Positions 9,040-18,118 of a stretch of DNA of 64,000 nucleotides are shown one piece after another. Made by a program: the position numbers and the translations under genes. Location: positions 7,335 to 71,334 of IMG/VR virus record IMGVR_UViG_3300009550_000013; one strand, 5' to 3'. A model generated the notes under the pieces. It saw only the letters and a list, made by a program, of their open reading frames with translations, made no database searches and had not been told where the DNA came from. The stretch comes from a virus. How positions within the stretch are numbered: the stretch's first letter is position 1; every line of letters starts with the position of its first letter.

Positions 9040-12000
9040 ATGAATTTAATACGTGCAAAACAATTAAATGCTTACAGACAATCAGGTGCAAACCAATTGC
9101 TTGCTTCATCAAGTTGGGCTAACCTAGATGCTTCTTTCGTTATCGATGCAAAGACTATCGGACTTAAGTTTGAATCTATGGATACTGCTTTAGCTTCTGA
9201 AGAGTCTGCAAGAATCGCTGCAGATGCTTCATTAGAAGTTAGAATTTCTGCCGATGTTGTCGCTTTACAAGACGAAATCGCTGCAACAAACACTGATTTC
9301 ACATCAATTGACTTAAGAGTTTCTAACGATGAGGACGCTTTAGCTGCTGAAATAGCTGCTACTGATGCTAACTTTACTTCTTTAGACTTAAGAGTTTCTA
9401 ATGATGAGGACGCTTTAGCTGCTGAAATCGCTGCTACTGATGCTGAAGTTTCATCTTTATCATTAAGAGTTTCTAACGATGAAGACGCTTTAGCTGCTGA
9501 AATCGCTGCTACTGATGCTGATTTTGTATCATCTGATGCAAGAATCGCTGCTGACGAAGCTGCTTTAGCTGCTGAAATAGCTGCTACTGACGCTGAAGTT
9601 TCATCTTTATCATTAAGAATTTCTAATGACGAAGACGCTTTAGCTGCTGAAATCGCTGCAACTAACGCTGATTTCATATCTGCTGACGCAAGAATGTCTG
9701 CTGATGAAGCGGCATTAGCTGCTGAAATATCTGCTACTAATGCTGATGTTACTTCAATCGACTCAAGAGTTTCTGCTGATGAAGCTGCTTTAGCTGCTGA
9801 AATTTCTGCTACTAACGCAGATGTTACTTCTTTAGACTCTAGAGTTTCTGCTGACCAGGCTGCTTTAGCTGCTGAGATAGCTGACACAAACCAAGACGTT
9901 AATGACTTAAATGATAGAGTTGATAACGTTCTTTCTTTAGGAGAAAACTCAAACGGAGTTGTTGAGAGTTTTATCGAAATGGTAAACGTTGTTACTTCAA
10001 TCGATACTGAAAATGACCAAATCGTTTCAGATTTAATCGCTACAACTACCGCTTCTGTATCTTCATTAGATACAAGAGTTTCTGATTCAGAAGATGCATT
10101 AGCTGCTGAGATTGCTGCTACTGATGCTGATTTTGTATCACTAGACTTAAGAGTTTCTAACGATGAAGATGCATTAGCTGCTGAAATCGCTGCTACTGAC
10201 GCTGAAGTTACTTCTTTATCATTAAGAATTTCTAATGACGAAGATGCATTAGCTGCTGAGATTGCTGCTACAGATGCTGACTTTACTTCATTAGACTCAA
10301 GAGTTTCTGCTGACGAAGCTGCATTAGCTGCTGAAATCGCTGCTACTAACGCTGATTTCGTATCGTCTGACTTAAGAGTTTCTCAAGAAGAAGACGCTAG
10401 AGTTGCTGGAGATGCTTCATTAACTACTAGAGTTTCTAACGAAGAAGATGCTAGAGTTGCTGGAGATGCTTCATTAACTACTAGAGTTGGTAACGAAGAA
10501 ACTGCTAGAGCTGCTGCTGATTCTTCATTAGACTTAAGAGTTTCTAACGAAGAAGATGCTAGAGCTGCTGCAGATACTTCATTAACTACTAGAGTTTCTA
10601 ACGAAGAAGATGCTAGAGCTGCTGCAGATACTTCATTAGAAGTTAGAATTTCTGCTGACGTTGTTGCTTTACAAGACGAAATCGCTGCTACAAACACTGA
10701 TTTCACGTCTATAGACTTAAGAGTTTCTAACGACGAAGATGCATTAGCTGCTGAGATTGCTGCTACAGATGCTGATTTCGTATCGTCTGACTTAAGAGTT
10801 TCTAACGAAGAAGATGCTAGAGTTGCTGGAGATGCTTCATTAACTACTAGAATTTCTGCTGACGAGGCTGCATTAGCTGCTGAAATAGCTGCAACTAACG
10901 CTGACTTTATATCAGTTGACAACAGAGTTTCTGCTGACGAGGCTGCTTTAGCTGCTGAAATCGCTGCTACTAATGCTGACTTTACTTCATTAGACTCAAG
11001 AGTTTCTGCTGACGAAGCTGCTTTAGCTGCTGAAATCGCTGCAACTAACGCTGATGTTACTTCAATTGACACTGCAATTGCTGACGAAGAAGCTGCAAGA
11101 ATCGCTGCTGATAATACCCTACAGGCTAATATCACTGCTGAGGCTTTAGCAAGAGCAAACGCTGATACTTCTTTAGAGACAAGACTTTCTGCTGAAGAAG
11201 CTACTCAGGTTGCAAATGTATCTTCATTAGATTTAAGAATTTCTAATGATGAGGATGCATTAGCTGCTGAAATCGCTGCAACTAACGCTGATGTTACTTC
11301 AATTGACTCAAGAGTTTCTGCTGATGAAGCTGCTTTAGCTGCTGAAATTTCTGCTACTAACGCTGACGTTACTTCAATCGACGCGAGAGTTTCTGCTGAA
11401 ATCGCTGCTACTGATGCTGAAGTTGTATCTTTAGACGCTAGAGTTTCTGCTGACCAGGCTGATTTAGCTGCTGAGATTGCTGCTACTAATACAGATGTTA
11501 ACGACTTAAATGATAGAGTTGATAACGTTCTTTCTTTAGGAGAAAACTCGAATGGAGTTGTTGAAAGTTTCGTAGAGATGGTTAATTTTGTTACTTCAGT
11601 AGATACTGAAAACGACCAAATCGTTACAGACTTAATTGCTACTACATCTGCTTCTGTATCTTCATTAGATACAAGAGTTTCTACAGAAGAAGCTACTACT
11701 GATGCTGAAGTTAATTCTTTAGACTCAAGAGTTTCTGCTGACGAAGCTGCTTTAGCTGCTGAGATTGCTGCTACTAACGCTGACTTCACTTCATTAGACT
11801 TAAGAGTTTCTAATGATGAAGATGCTTTAGCTGCTGAGATTGCTGCAACAGATGCTGACTTCACTTCATTAGACTCAAGAGTTTCTGCTGACGAAGCTGC
11901 TTTAGCTGCTGAGATTGCTGCTACTAACGCTGACTTCACGTCATTAGACTTAAGAGTTTCTAACGATGAGGACGCATTAGCTGCTGAAATCGCTGCTACT

Positions 12001-12465
12001 AACGCTGACTTCACTTCATTAGACTCAAGAGTTTCTGCTGACGAAGCTGCTTTAGCTGCTGAGATTGCTGCTACTAACGCTGACTTCACTTCATTAGACT
12101 TAAGAGTTTCTAATGATGAAGATGCTTTAGCTGCTGAAATCGCGTCTACTGATGCTGATGTTACTTCAATTGACGTTAGAATTTCTAATGTTGAAGAAGA
12201 CATAATCGTTGAAGGTGACTTTGCTATGACAATGGTTGCAGGACCTGCAGTTGCTGGTTCTTTCATTGAAGAAGTTGTTACTGGAGATATCATCACAAAA
12301 TCTTTAGAGGTATTCATTAACGGAATTCAATATTTCGATGGTGTTGCTACTGGAGACGTATCTATTACCGTTGCAGGTGGAAATACTACTATCAAAGTAG
12401 ACCCATCTAACTTCGATTTAGATTCATCTGATGAAATCGTTTTCAAATATACTAAATTATCGTAA
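9040..12465 (+). CDS. Long Ala/Asp/Ser-rich coiled-coil repeat protein, probable virion fibre
   Basis: Dozens of 25-aa repeats (SLDLRVSNDEDALAAEIAATDADFT) and 18-aa repeats (RVSNEEDARVAGDASLTT); codon bias typical of high expression (GCT, AAC, TTC, ATC); followed by a terminator. Confidence 0.85.
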   Translation: MNLIRAKQLNAYRQSGANQLLASSSWANLDASFVIDAKTIGLKFESMDTALASEESARIAADASLEVRISADVVALQDEIAATNTDFTSIDLRVSNDEDALAAEIAATDANFTSLDLRVSNDEDALAAEIAATDAEVSSLSLRVSNDEDALAAEIAATDADFVSSDARIAADEAALAAEIAATDAEVSSLSLRISNDEDALAAEIAATNADFISADARMSADEAALAAEISATNADVTSIDSRVSADEAALAAEISATNADVTSLDSRVSADQAALAAEIADTNQDVNDLNDRVDNVLSLGENSNGVVESFIEMVNVVTSIDTENDQIVSDLIATTTASVSSLDTRVSDSEDALAAEIAATDADFVSLDLRVSNDEDALAAEIAATDAEVTSLSLRISNDEDALAAEIAATDADFTSLDSRVSADEAALAAEIAATNADFVSSDLRVSQEEDARVAGDASLTTRVSNEEDARVAGDASLTTRVGNEETARAAADSSLDLRVSNEEDARAAADTSLTTRVSNEEDARAAADTSLEVRISADVVALQDEIAATNTDFTSIDLRVSNDEDALAAEIAATDADFVSSDLRVSNEEDARVAGDASLTTRISADEAALAAEIAATNADFISVDNRVSADEAALAAEIAATNADFTSLDSRVSADEAALAAEIAATNADVTSIDTAIADEEAARIAADNTLQANITAEALARANADTSLETRLSAEEATQVANVSSLDLRISNDEDALAAEIAATNADVTSIDSRVSADEAALAAEISATNADVTSIDARVSAEIAATDAEVVSLDARVSADQADLAAEIAATNTDVNDLNDRVDNVLSLGENSNGVVESFVEMVNFVTSVDTENDQIVTDLIATTSASVSSLDTRVSTEEATTDAEVNSLDSRVSADEAALAAEIAATNADFTSLDLRVSNDEDALAAEIAATDADFTSLDSRVSADEAALAAEIAATNADFTSLDLRVSNDEDALAAEIAATNADFTSLDSRVSADEAALAAEIAATNADFTSLDLRVSNDEDALAAEIASTDADVTSIDVRISNVEEDIIVEGDFAMTMVAGPAVAGSFIEEVVTGDIITKSLEVFINGIQYFDGVATGDVSITVAGGNTTIKVDPSNFDLDSSDEIVFKYTKLS
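9190..12190 (+). repeat. Degenerate 75-bp and 54-bp coding tandem repeats with a duplicated ~60-aa segment
   Basis: Repeated ttagctgctgaaatcgctgctact and gacttaagagtttctaacgat; DVNDLNDRVDNVLSLGENSNGVVESF occurs at ~9895 and ~11494. Confidence 0.9.
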
Positions 12466-12482
12466 TAAATAATTTAATATGG

Positions 12483-12506
12483 AAAGGGCCTTCGGGCCCT
12501 TTTTTT
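12483..12506 (+). terminator. Rho-independent terminator with cUUCGg tetraloop
   Basis: AAAGGGCC-TTCG-GGCCCTTT followed by a T run, just after the fibre gene stop. Confidence 0.9.
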
Positions 12507-12508
12507 AT

Positions 12509-12534
12509 GAACTAAAAAAAATAAATACATATAA
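12509..12534 (+). promoter_or_regulatory. Putative promoter GAAC-N15-CATATAA
   Basis: Same spacing class as 1656, 16712, 22108, 24059 and 26203. Confidence 0.55.
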
Positions 12535-12539
12535 TAATT

Positions 12540-13712
12540 ATGAAGATAGGAATCACAATTTCATTTAGAGAAAATTATTCAATATGGTCTAACGGTATTC
12601 AATTAAATGCTCTTATGTTAGCTGAAACCTTATCATTAATTAAAGGTGTAGAAGTATTTTTTTTAAATATAGCAAAATGCCCTGAAGAAAAAATACCATG
12701 GAGCTTAGAAGAATTTCCTACTTACTATCTTTATGATAAGTATTTAGAAGCTGATTTATTAATTTTTTTAGGTGGTAGAATTCAAAAACAATATGTTGAT
12801 TTATTTAAAAAAGTAAAAGATAAAAAAGTTGTATTTTACAAATGTGGGAATGAGTTTATAGTTAACTTAGAAAAGAATCTTTTTGGGGAGGATATGAAAG
12901 AAGACGATAAATTAGAAAGCATATATGGATGTGACGAGATATGGTATGTTCCTCAACAACATGATACAAATAAAAATTACTTTGAGTGTTTATATAGAAC
13001 ACCTTCTAGACCAGCTCCTTTTGTTTATAGCCCAAGATGGTTGAACAAAGATATAAAAAAGAAAGAAGCTATATATAAGAAAACTATGTTATACAGTAAT
13101 ACAGGGGAACCAAAGAGAATATCTATAATGGAACCAAATATGAATATTGTTAAATATGCAATGTACCCTCTGATGATAGCTGAAACATACTACAGAAAAA
13201 ATCCTGATAAAATAAAAGAAGTAAATATTGTTGGTGGAGATAGATTAAGTAAAAAACAAAATTTTCTATCAGTTGTAGATACTTTTGATTTAAAAAGAGA
13301 TAAAAAGTTATTTGTTGAAGGTAGACAAGTTACTAGTTCATTTTTAGGAAACCATTCAGATATTTTAATATGTCATCAAACGATGAATCCTTTAAATTAC
13401 ATATATTTAGATGCCGCTTGGATGGGATATCCCATAATTCACAATGCCGAATATGTTAAAGATTTAGGGTATTACTATAGTGGAAATGAGGTAAAATCAG
13501 GTGCTAATAAATTAAAAGACGTGATAGACCATTTTGACGATGATGTGTCATATAATAAAAGACAGAAAAAAGTATTTGAAAGGTTTGATAATACTTCAAA
13601 TGAAATGGTATTACAATATGATAAATTAATTAATAACATTTTTGCTAAAAAAGATTTAATGATTGATTCTAAGTTTGATTTTATGAAAAATAAATACGTT
13701 TTGTGCAAATGA
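12540..13712 (+). CDS. DUF2827-like protein, putative glycosyltransferase
   Basis: MKIGIT...SIWSNGIQLN, ISIMEPNMNIVK, ICHQTMNPLNYIYLDAAWMGYPIIHN...LGYYY match my recollection of DUF2827; the glycosyltransferase function is inferred. Confidence 0.7.
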   Translation: MKIGITISFRENYSIWSNGIQLNALMLAETLSLIKGVEVFFLNIAKCPEEKIPWSLEEFPTYYLYDKYLEADLLIFLGGRIQKQYVDLFKKVKDKKVVFYKCGNEFIVNLEKNLFGEDMKEDDKLESIYGCDEIWYVPQQHDTNKNYFECLYRTPSRPAPFVYSPRWLNKDIKKKEAIYKKTMLYSNTGEPKRISIMEPNMNIVKYAMYPLMIAETYYRKNPDKIKEVNIVGGDRLSKKQNFLSVVDTFDLKRDKKLFVEGRQVTSSFLGNHSDILICHQTMNPLNYIYLDAAWMGYPIIHNAEYVKDLGYYYSGNEVKSGANKLKDVIDHFDDDVSYNKRQKKVFERFDNTSNEMVLQYDKLINNIFAKKDLMIDSKFDFMKNKYVLCK

Positions 13713-14287
13713 AAAACTATAAAAAAAATATCATAAAAATATACGAAAAGTCTAACTTACCATTAAAATTAGAATTGACGCCAGAAACAGTTAGTGAGTT
13801 AATAATTAAAATAAGAAAATTAGATGCTTATAGAATTTCAGGAGGTGTTACAGATTCTATATTTGATTTAAACCCACAGTATGGTAAAACTCTTGCACAT
13901 TTAATAACAGCAAATACTTTTTTTAAAAAAATAAGTTTTATCTATAATGAAGATACTTTTGATAAAATTAGTAGGCTTTTAAAACAAATAAAACTAGAAT
14001 CAAACCAAGATTGGAATGGTAATAGTAAAGATTTTTTTAAAATTAAAGAATTCGCGAGTGTAAATATTAGTATAGACTCTCTTGTAGAGGGAAATGAACA
14101 AATAGAACATGTATGGGCTCATTTAGAACCAAATCAACTTTTAATTACAACTAAAAATATAAAAGACACATATCCAATAAAGGTAATAGAAGCTAAATTT
14201 ATAGGTTTAAAAACAACAACAAAATTAAATATTTACAGAAAAACTTGGGTAAGACATGGTATACCAAGTAGATTTGGTGTTTTATAA
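13703..14287 (+). CDS. Hypothetical protein
   Basis: ORF overlapping the end of the previous gene; the start may be 13709. Confidence 0.65.
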   Translation: MQMKNYKKNIIKIYEKSNLPLKLELTPETVSELIIKIRKLDAYRISGGVTDSIFDLNPQYGKTLAHLITANTFFKKISFIYNEDTFDKISRLLKQIKLESNQDWNGNSKDFFKIKEFASVNISIDSLVEGNEQIEHVWAHLEPNQLLITTKNIKDTYPIKVIEAKFIGLKTTTKLNIYRKTWVRHGIPSRFGVL

Positions 14288-14851
14288 ATCTTCTAGATTT
14301 TTTCCTTTTGTTAAAGATACAAATTTCTTTATAAACTCTTCTTTTTCTTTCTCTTCTTTTAAAACATGTTCATAGTACCATGCTGCAGTTCCTTGAATTT
14401 CATCTATCATGTTTTGAATATCATTACATGCATTTTCTATTTCTTCAATATCTTCTTCAAAATCAGTAACATCAATATCTAATTTTACAGCACATACTAT
14501 CAAAGGTGTTGGCTCTCCTAAATCATAAGACTCTGTACATATTTCATATATAGACCTAAGTTCTAATTTCTCAGTTTCGGATAAATTATCTGATATTTTA
14601 TCAGGATGGCATTTTAAAACAATCTTTCTGAAAAGTTTTTTATACTTAGAAGACATTTCAATATGTTCTTTTTCTTCTTCTTCAATATCTTCTTCTCCAT
14701 TAGGTAAATATTGGTCTGCATTATCAGATCCCGAAAGGGCCTTATTAAAATTTCTAGTTGCTTCAGAGTGCATTTCTTGTATGTCAATAAGTTCTTCGCT
14801 TAAGTATTCATACTTTCTTATTAATCTCTTGAAGTTTGATTTTTTAGCCAT
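14282..14851 (-). CDS. Acidic coiled-coil protein with an internal J-domain-like HPD segment
   Basis: KYKKLFRKIVLKCHPDK. Start re-set to the ATG at 14851 (MAKK) because the longer ORF extension runs through an AT-rich promoter region. The only credible minus-strand gene. Confidence 0.7.
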   Translation of the reverse strand: MAKKSNFKRLIRKYEYLSEELIDIQEMHSEATRNFNKALSGSDNADQYLPNGEEDIEEEEKEHIEMSSKYKKLFRKIVLKCHPDKISDNLSETEKLELRSIYEICTESYDLGEPTPLIVCAVKLDIDVTDFEEDIEEIENACNDIQNMIDEIQGTAAWYYEHVLKEEKEKEEFIKKFVSLTKGKNLEDL

Positions 14852-14874
14852 ATCAATATATATTAAAATAAAAA

Positions 14875-14882
14875 GATATATA
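14875..14882 (+). promoter_or_regulatory. Putative late promoter GATATATA
   Basis: Recurrent motif about 30 nt upstream of 14912. Confidence 0.5.
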
Positions 14883-14911
14883 AACAAATAGAATAAAGTG
14901 TAAAAGTTTTC

Positions 14912-15646
14912 ATGAACAATATTGCGCAAAAACAGATTAAAAATCTGGTCTTTGATATTTCACGTTTGTATAGAGCTTCTGATATTTTTAACAGAGCAAC
15001 GACATATACAATAGGAACTCCTGGAGAAGGAGAGGCTCAGCTTGATAATCAGACAGCTTCTTCAGTAACTACACTTCATATTCACACAAAAGACAACCTT
15101 ACCGGAAATAGATTTTCTAATTTAGATTCTTTTCAAAAAGACGACACGTTAATAATACATACTCAGTCAGGTGATGTTGCAAAATATAATATTTTATCAA
15201 TTCAATCAGTGGTCGACTCTTCTAGCGAAGGTCACTTTATTCTAACACTTCAACATTCTTTCGGTTATAGCGGAAGCTTTTCTATAGAAGAGCTAAGTTA
15301 TTATTTTAGAAGATCGGCTTCTGATGAATTGATACAAGATTTAAAGGCAGAATTGGCATTTATTAGCGCAGGTTTTGATGCTAGGTCAACTGCAGAAACA
15401 ATAGCACGTGCAAATGGAGACAGTGCAATAAATCAAACTATTTCTTCTAAAAAGAAAGTATTTAATGAAACGCTTAGTTCTACTGCAACTACTATAAATC
15501 ATGACATGGGAGATGAAGATGTAATAGTACAGGTATTAGATTCTTCTGGTAATGTAGTATTAGCTACCATAAATAACTTTACACTAAATTCTATTAATGT
15601 TGCAGTAAGCGTTACAGGAACTTATAAAATAATAATTATAGCATAA
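14912..15646 (+). CDS. Putative virion/fibre-associated protein
   Basis: N-terminal IAQKQI resembles IRAKQL of the repeat fibre; has one ETIARANGDS repeat and a C-terminal TINHDMG-DVIVQV small beta domain. Confidence 0.65.
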   Translation: MNNIAQKQIKNLVFDISRLYRASDIFNRATTYTIGTPGEGEAQLDNQTASSVTTLHIHTKDNLTGNRFSNLDSFQKDDTLIIHTQSGDVAKYNILSIQSVVDSSSEGHFILTLQHSFGYSGSFSIEELSYYFRRSASDELIQDLKAELAFISAGFDARSTAETIARANGDSAINQTISSKKKVFNETLSSTATTINHDMGDEDVIVQVLDSSGNVVLATINNFTLNSINVAVSVTGTYKIIIIA

Positions 15647-15647
15647 A

Positions 15648-16712
15648 ATGAAACTAAAACTATTTGAACAATATCTTAACGAAAAAGAGGAATCCGATAT
15701 TAAAAAGTATTTTAAAAAAGTAACTTTTTTACTTCCAGGAACCAGTAGTAACTCTCTATCAGGAACTGCATCGTCATACCAAAAATTAAATGATGGCTGT
15801 TTAGAAGAGGTTTTTAATACTGTTTTTTGTAGAAGTAACCAATCCCATTTTAAACACATGCCTGCCAAACAGGTAAAATATATCAACTCTTTAAAAGTAA
15901 GTAATAAAATGCCCGTAGTTTATTATGGCGGTAATCAACCAGCACCTTTGCTTTTATTAAAAAATAATAAAATACCAGAAACAATAATGTACAATAACCC
16001 AAAATCAATGGGTATAAGTTCAAATAAATCTGATTTCTATAAAATGTTTAAAGACTCTAATTTTATATGCAAAACAGAATATACAGCAGATGATGCTATT
16101 AAAAAATTAAAATTTCCTATAATAGCAAAACCAGATGCTGGACATTCAGGTGCTGATATAGAATTTTTTAAAACATCTTCTGATTTAGAAAAATCTGAAA
16201 ACAAATCAAAATTTCAAAACTATTCAGAAGCTAAAAATTTAAAAAGCGAATATCGTGTAATGGTTATGAACGATAGTATTATTTCTATATATGAAAGAGT
16301 TTCTAAAAAAGGAGACCCTATTAAAGATAAGAAGAGCGAAGATTACGTTAGTTTTGTATATGTAAGACAAGAGCTCTCTAAATTAGATTTTGTAAAAGAC
16401 ACTGAAAACATTATTAAAGAAATAAGAGAAAAGGTTAAAGGTGGAATATGGTCTGTTGACTTGATGATAGATGAAAATAATGATAAATGGGTTGCAGAAA
16501 TAAATAGTGCATCTGGTCTTTCAGCTGAAAGAATGGTTGAAGTATATTCTGCAGTTTATAAAGATTTTTATAAAGAAGAACTTCCTGAAAAAGTTACGAA
16601 ATATCTATATGACAACTATGTTGTTCCAGTCCATGAAATAAACGTCAAAGAAAATGCAAAATGGATAAAAATGTCTAAGGGAAAGTCTAATGAATATGAG
16701 AAATATCTTTGA
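15648..16712 (+). CDS. ATP-grasp (RimK-like) ligase
   Basis: FPIIAKPDAGHSGADI, EYRVMV, WSVDLM, VAEINSASG. Confidence 0.8.
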   Translation: MKLKLFEQYLNEKEESDIKKYFKKVTFLLPGTSSNSLSGTASSYQKLNDGCLEEVFNTVFCRSNQSHFKHMPAKQVKYINSLKVSNKMPVVYYGGNQPAPLLLLKNNKIPETIMYNNPKSMGISSNKSDFYKMFKDSNFICKTEYTADDAIKKLKFPIIAKPDAGHSGADIEFFKTSSDLEKSENKSKFQNYSEAKNLKSEYRVMVMNDSIISIYERVSKKGDPIKDKKSEDYVSFVYVRQELSKLDFVKDTENIIKEIREKVKGGIWSVDLMIDENNDKWVAEINSASGLSAERMVEVYSAVYKDFYKEELPEKVTKYLYDNYVVPVHEINVKENAKWIKMSKGKSNEYEKYL

Positions 16713-16737
16713 AACAATTTAATAGCTTGACATATAA
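16712..16737 (+). promoter_or_regulatory. Putative promoter AAAC-N15-CATATAA
   Basis: Exact motif just upstream of 16743. Confidence 0.6.
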
Positions 16738-16742
16738 GCTAT

Positions 16743-17498
16743 ATGTACACTAAAGACCAACTTAAAAGACTTATTTTTATAGACATTGAAACTTCAAGCG
16801 GATATGAAGATTATGCTACTTTTTCTAAAAAACACCCAAAAGAAATAAAATTTTGGAATAGAAAAGCTGAACAATTAAGAGATACTAAAGAACTTCAAGA
16901 TAAAACCGATGGTGAGTTATACAAATCGCATTCTGCTCTCTATCCAGAATTTGGAAGAATTGTTTGTATTTCTATAGGACAAATTAGATTCGATCAGTTT
17001 GATAAACCTGAATTTTTAGCTAAATCTTTTTATGGAGAAGATGAAACTAAAAACGTACAAGACTTTATAGATTTTTCACGTGGACTCTTTAATAAAGTTC
17101 CAGATATTAAATTCGTAGGACATAATTTAAAAAACTTTGACATGCCTTATATCATGAAAAAGGCATTCATCTACAATATTAAAATACCTGCAAGATTTCA
17201 TTTTCATGATGTCAAACCATGGGAAAACTGTTTAGTAGATACCCTTAATCTCTGGAGGTCTTCAGGTATAGGCTACGTATCTTTAGAACATTTGACTATA
17301 TTACTAAATGTAGATAATCCAAAAGAAGCAGAAGTTTATGAAAATGACCATGGTGGTATTGCACGTGCTTTTTGGAATAATAAACTTGAAGAACTTAAAG
17401 ATTATTGTGAAGAAGATATAAAAGCTACTGCAAATATTTTACTTAGATTATCACACTATGATACAATTACTGAAAACATAGAGATAAATAAAGTATGA
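16743..17498 (+). CDS. PolB-exonuclease-like DEDD 3'-5' exonuclease
   Basis: FIDIET (ExoI), PEFGRIVCIS, GHNLKNFDMPY (ExoII), YCEEDI (ExoIII). Confidence 0.88.
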   Translation: MYTKDQLKRLIFIDIETSSGYEDYATFSKKHPKEIKFWNRKAEQLRDTKELQDKTDGELYKSHSALYPEFGRIVCISIGQIRFDQFDKPEFLAKSFYGEDETKNVQDFIDFSRGLFNKVPDIKFVGHNLKNFDMPYIMKKAFIYNIKIPARFHFHDVKPWENCLVDTLNLWRSSGIGYVSLEHLTILLNVDNPKEAEVYENDHGGIARAFWNNKLEELKDYCEEDIKATANILLRLSHYDTITENIEINKV

Positions 17499-17965
17499 CA
17501 GTATTAAAATTTGAAGATTGGCAAATATTAGAAAAACTAGATGATTCTAAATTTTACACATATCTTATTCATAAAGGGGATAAATCAAAACCAGAATATA
17601 TAGGCTACGGTACTGCAGGAAGAACTAAGTCTTCATTAAGTAATTTTAGAAAAAAGTACGGTAAAAATGCTGAATTAGAAATAATGGGAACATTTAATTC
17701 TAAAGAAGGCGCTCTTAAAAAAGAAGCAGACCTAACTAAAAAATACGGTATTAAATCAGAAGGTGGTAAACTTAAAAATGAAAGAATAGCAAAAGAACCA
17801 TCTGATAAACTCAAGAAAAAACACAGTGATGGTCTAAAAGGAATAAAGAAATCTGATGAGCATAAAAAAAATATCAGTAAAACTCTTTCTAAGTCTACAA
17901 AATCTAAAGAACATTCAGCTGCAATAAGTGCTGCAATGAAAGGAAATTCTAACGCATCAAAATAA
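17495..17965 (+). CDS. GIY-YIG-like nuclease with NUMOD3-like DNA-binding repeats
   Basis: FYTY...YIGYG...R...EA..., followed by KSDEHKKNIS and KSKEHSAAISAAMKG repeats. Confidence 0.65.
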   Translation: MTVLKFEDWQILEKLDDSKFYTYLIHKGDKSKPEYIGYGTAGRTKSSLSNFRKKYGKNAELEIMGTFNSKEGALKKEADLTKKYGIKSEGGKLKNERIAKEPSDKLKKKHSDGLKGIKKSDEHKKNISKTLSKSTKSKEHSAAISAAMKGNSNASK

Positions 17966-17984
17966 TTTACTGGAACTTACTTAC

Positions 17985-18060
17985 TGTATGACAAATATGG
18001 CATACAATATCTTGAATATATGACAATTTGTCATAAAAACAACTTTGGCATAGTTTTTGA
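17985..18060 (+). promoter_or_regulatory. Two TGACA/TGTCA-type palindromes plus a sigma54-like -24/-12 element upstream of hsp20
   Basis: TGTATGACA-aata-TGGCATACA (17985-18006); TATGACA-att-TGTCATA (18019-18035); TGGCATAGTTTTTGA (18046-18060). Confidence 0.55.
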
Positions 18061-18118
18061 CACTATATTATATGTAACACAAAGTTGCAATTAAATATAA
18101 ATTAAAAACGAAAACAAA

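Noticed and set aside
5346-12190. Tandem repeats as a possible CRISPR array
   Set aside because: The repeats are in-frame coding units with synonymous variation, have no unique spacers, and no cas genes are present.
9072-12317. Long minus-strand ORFs (271, 250 and 370 aa) opposite the repeat fibre
   Set aside because: Antisense shadows of GCT/GAT-rich biased codons; no independent start signals.
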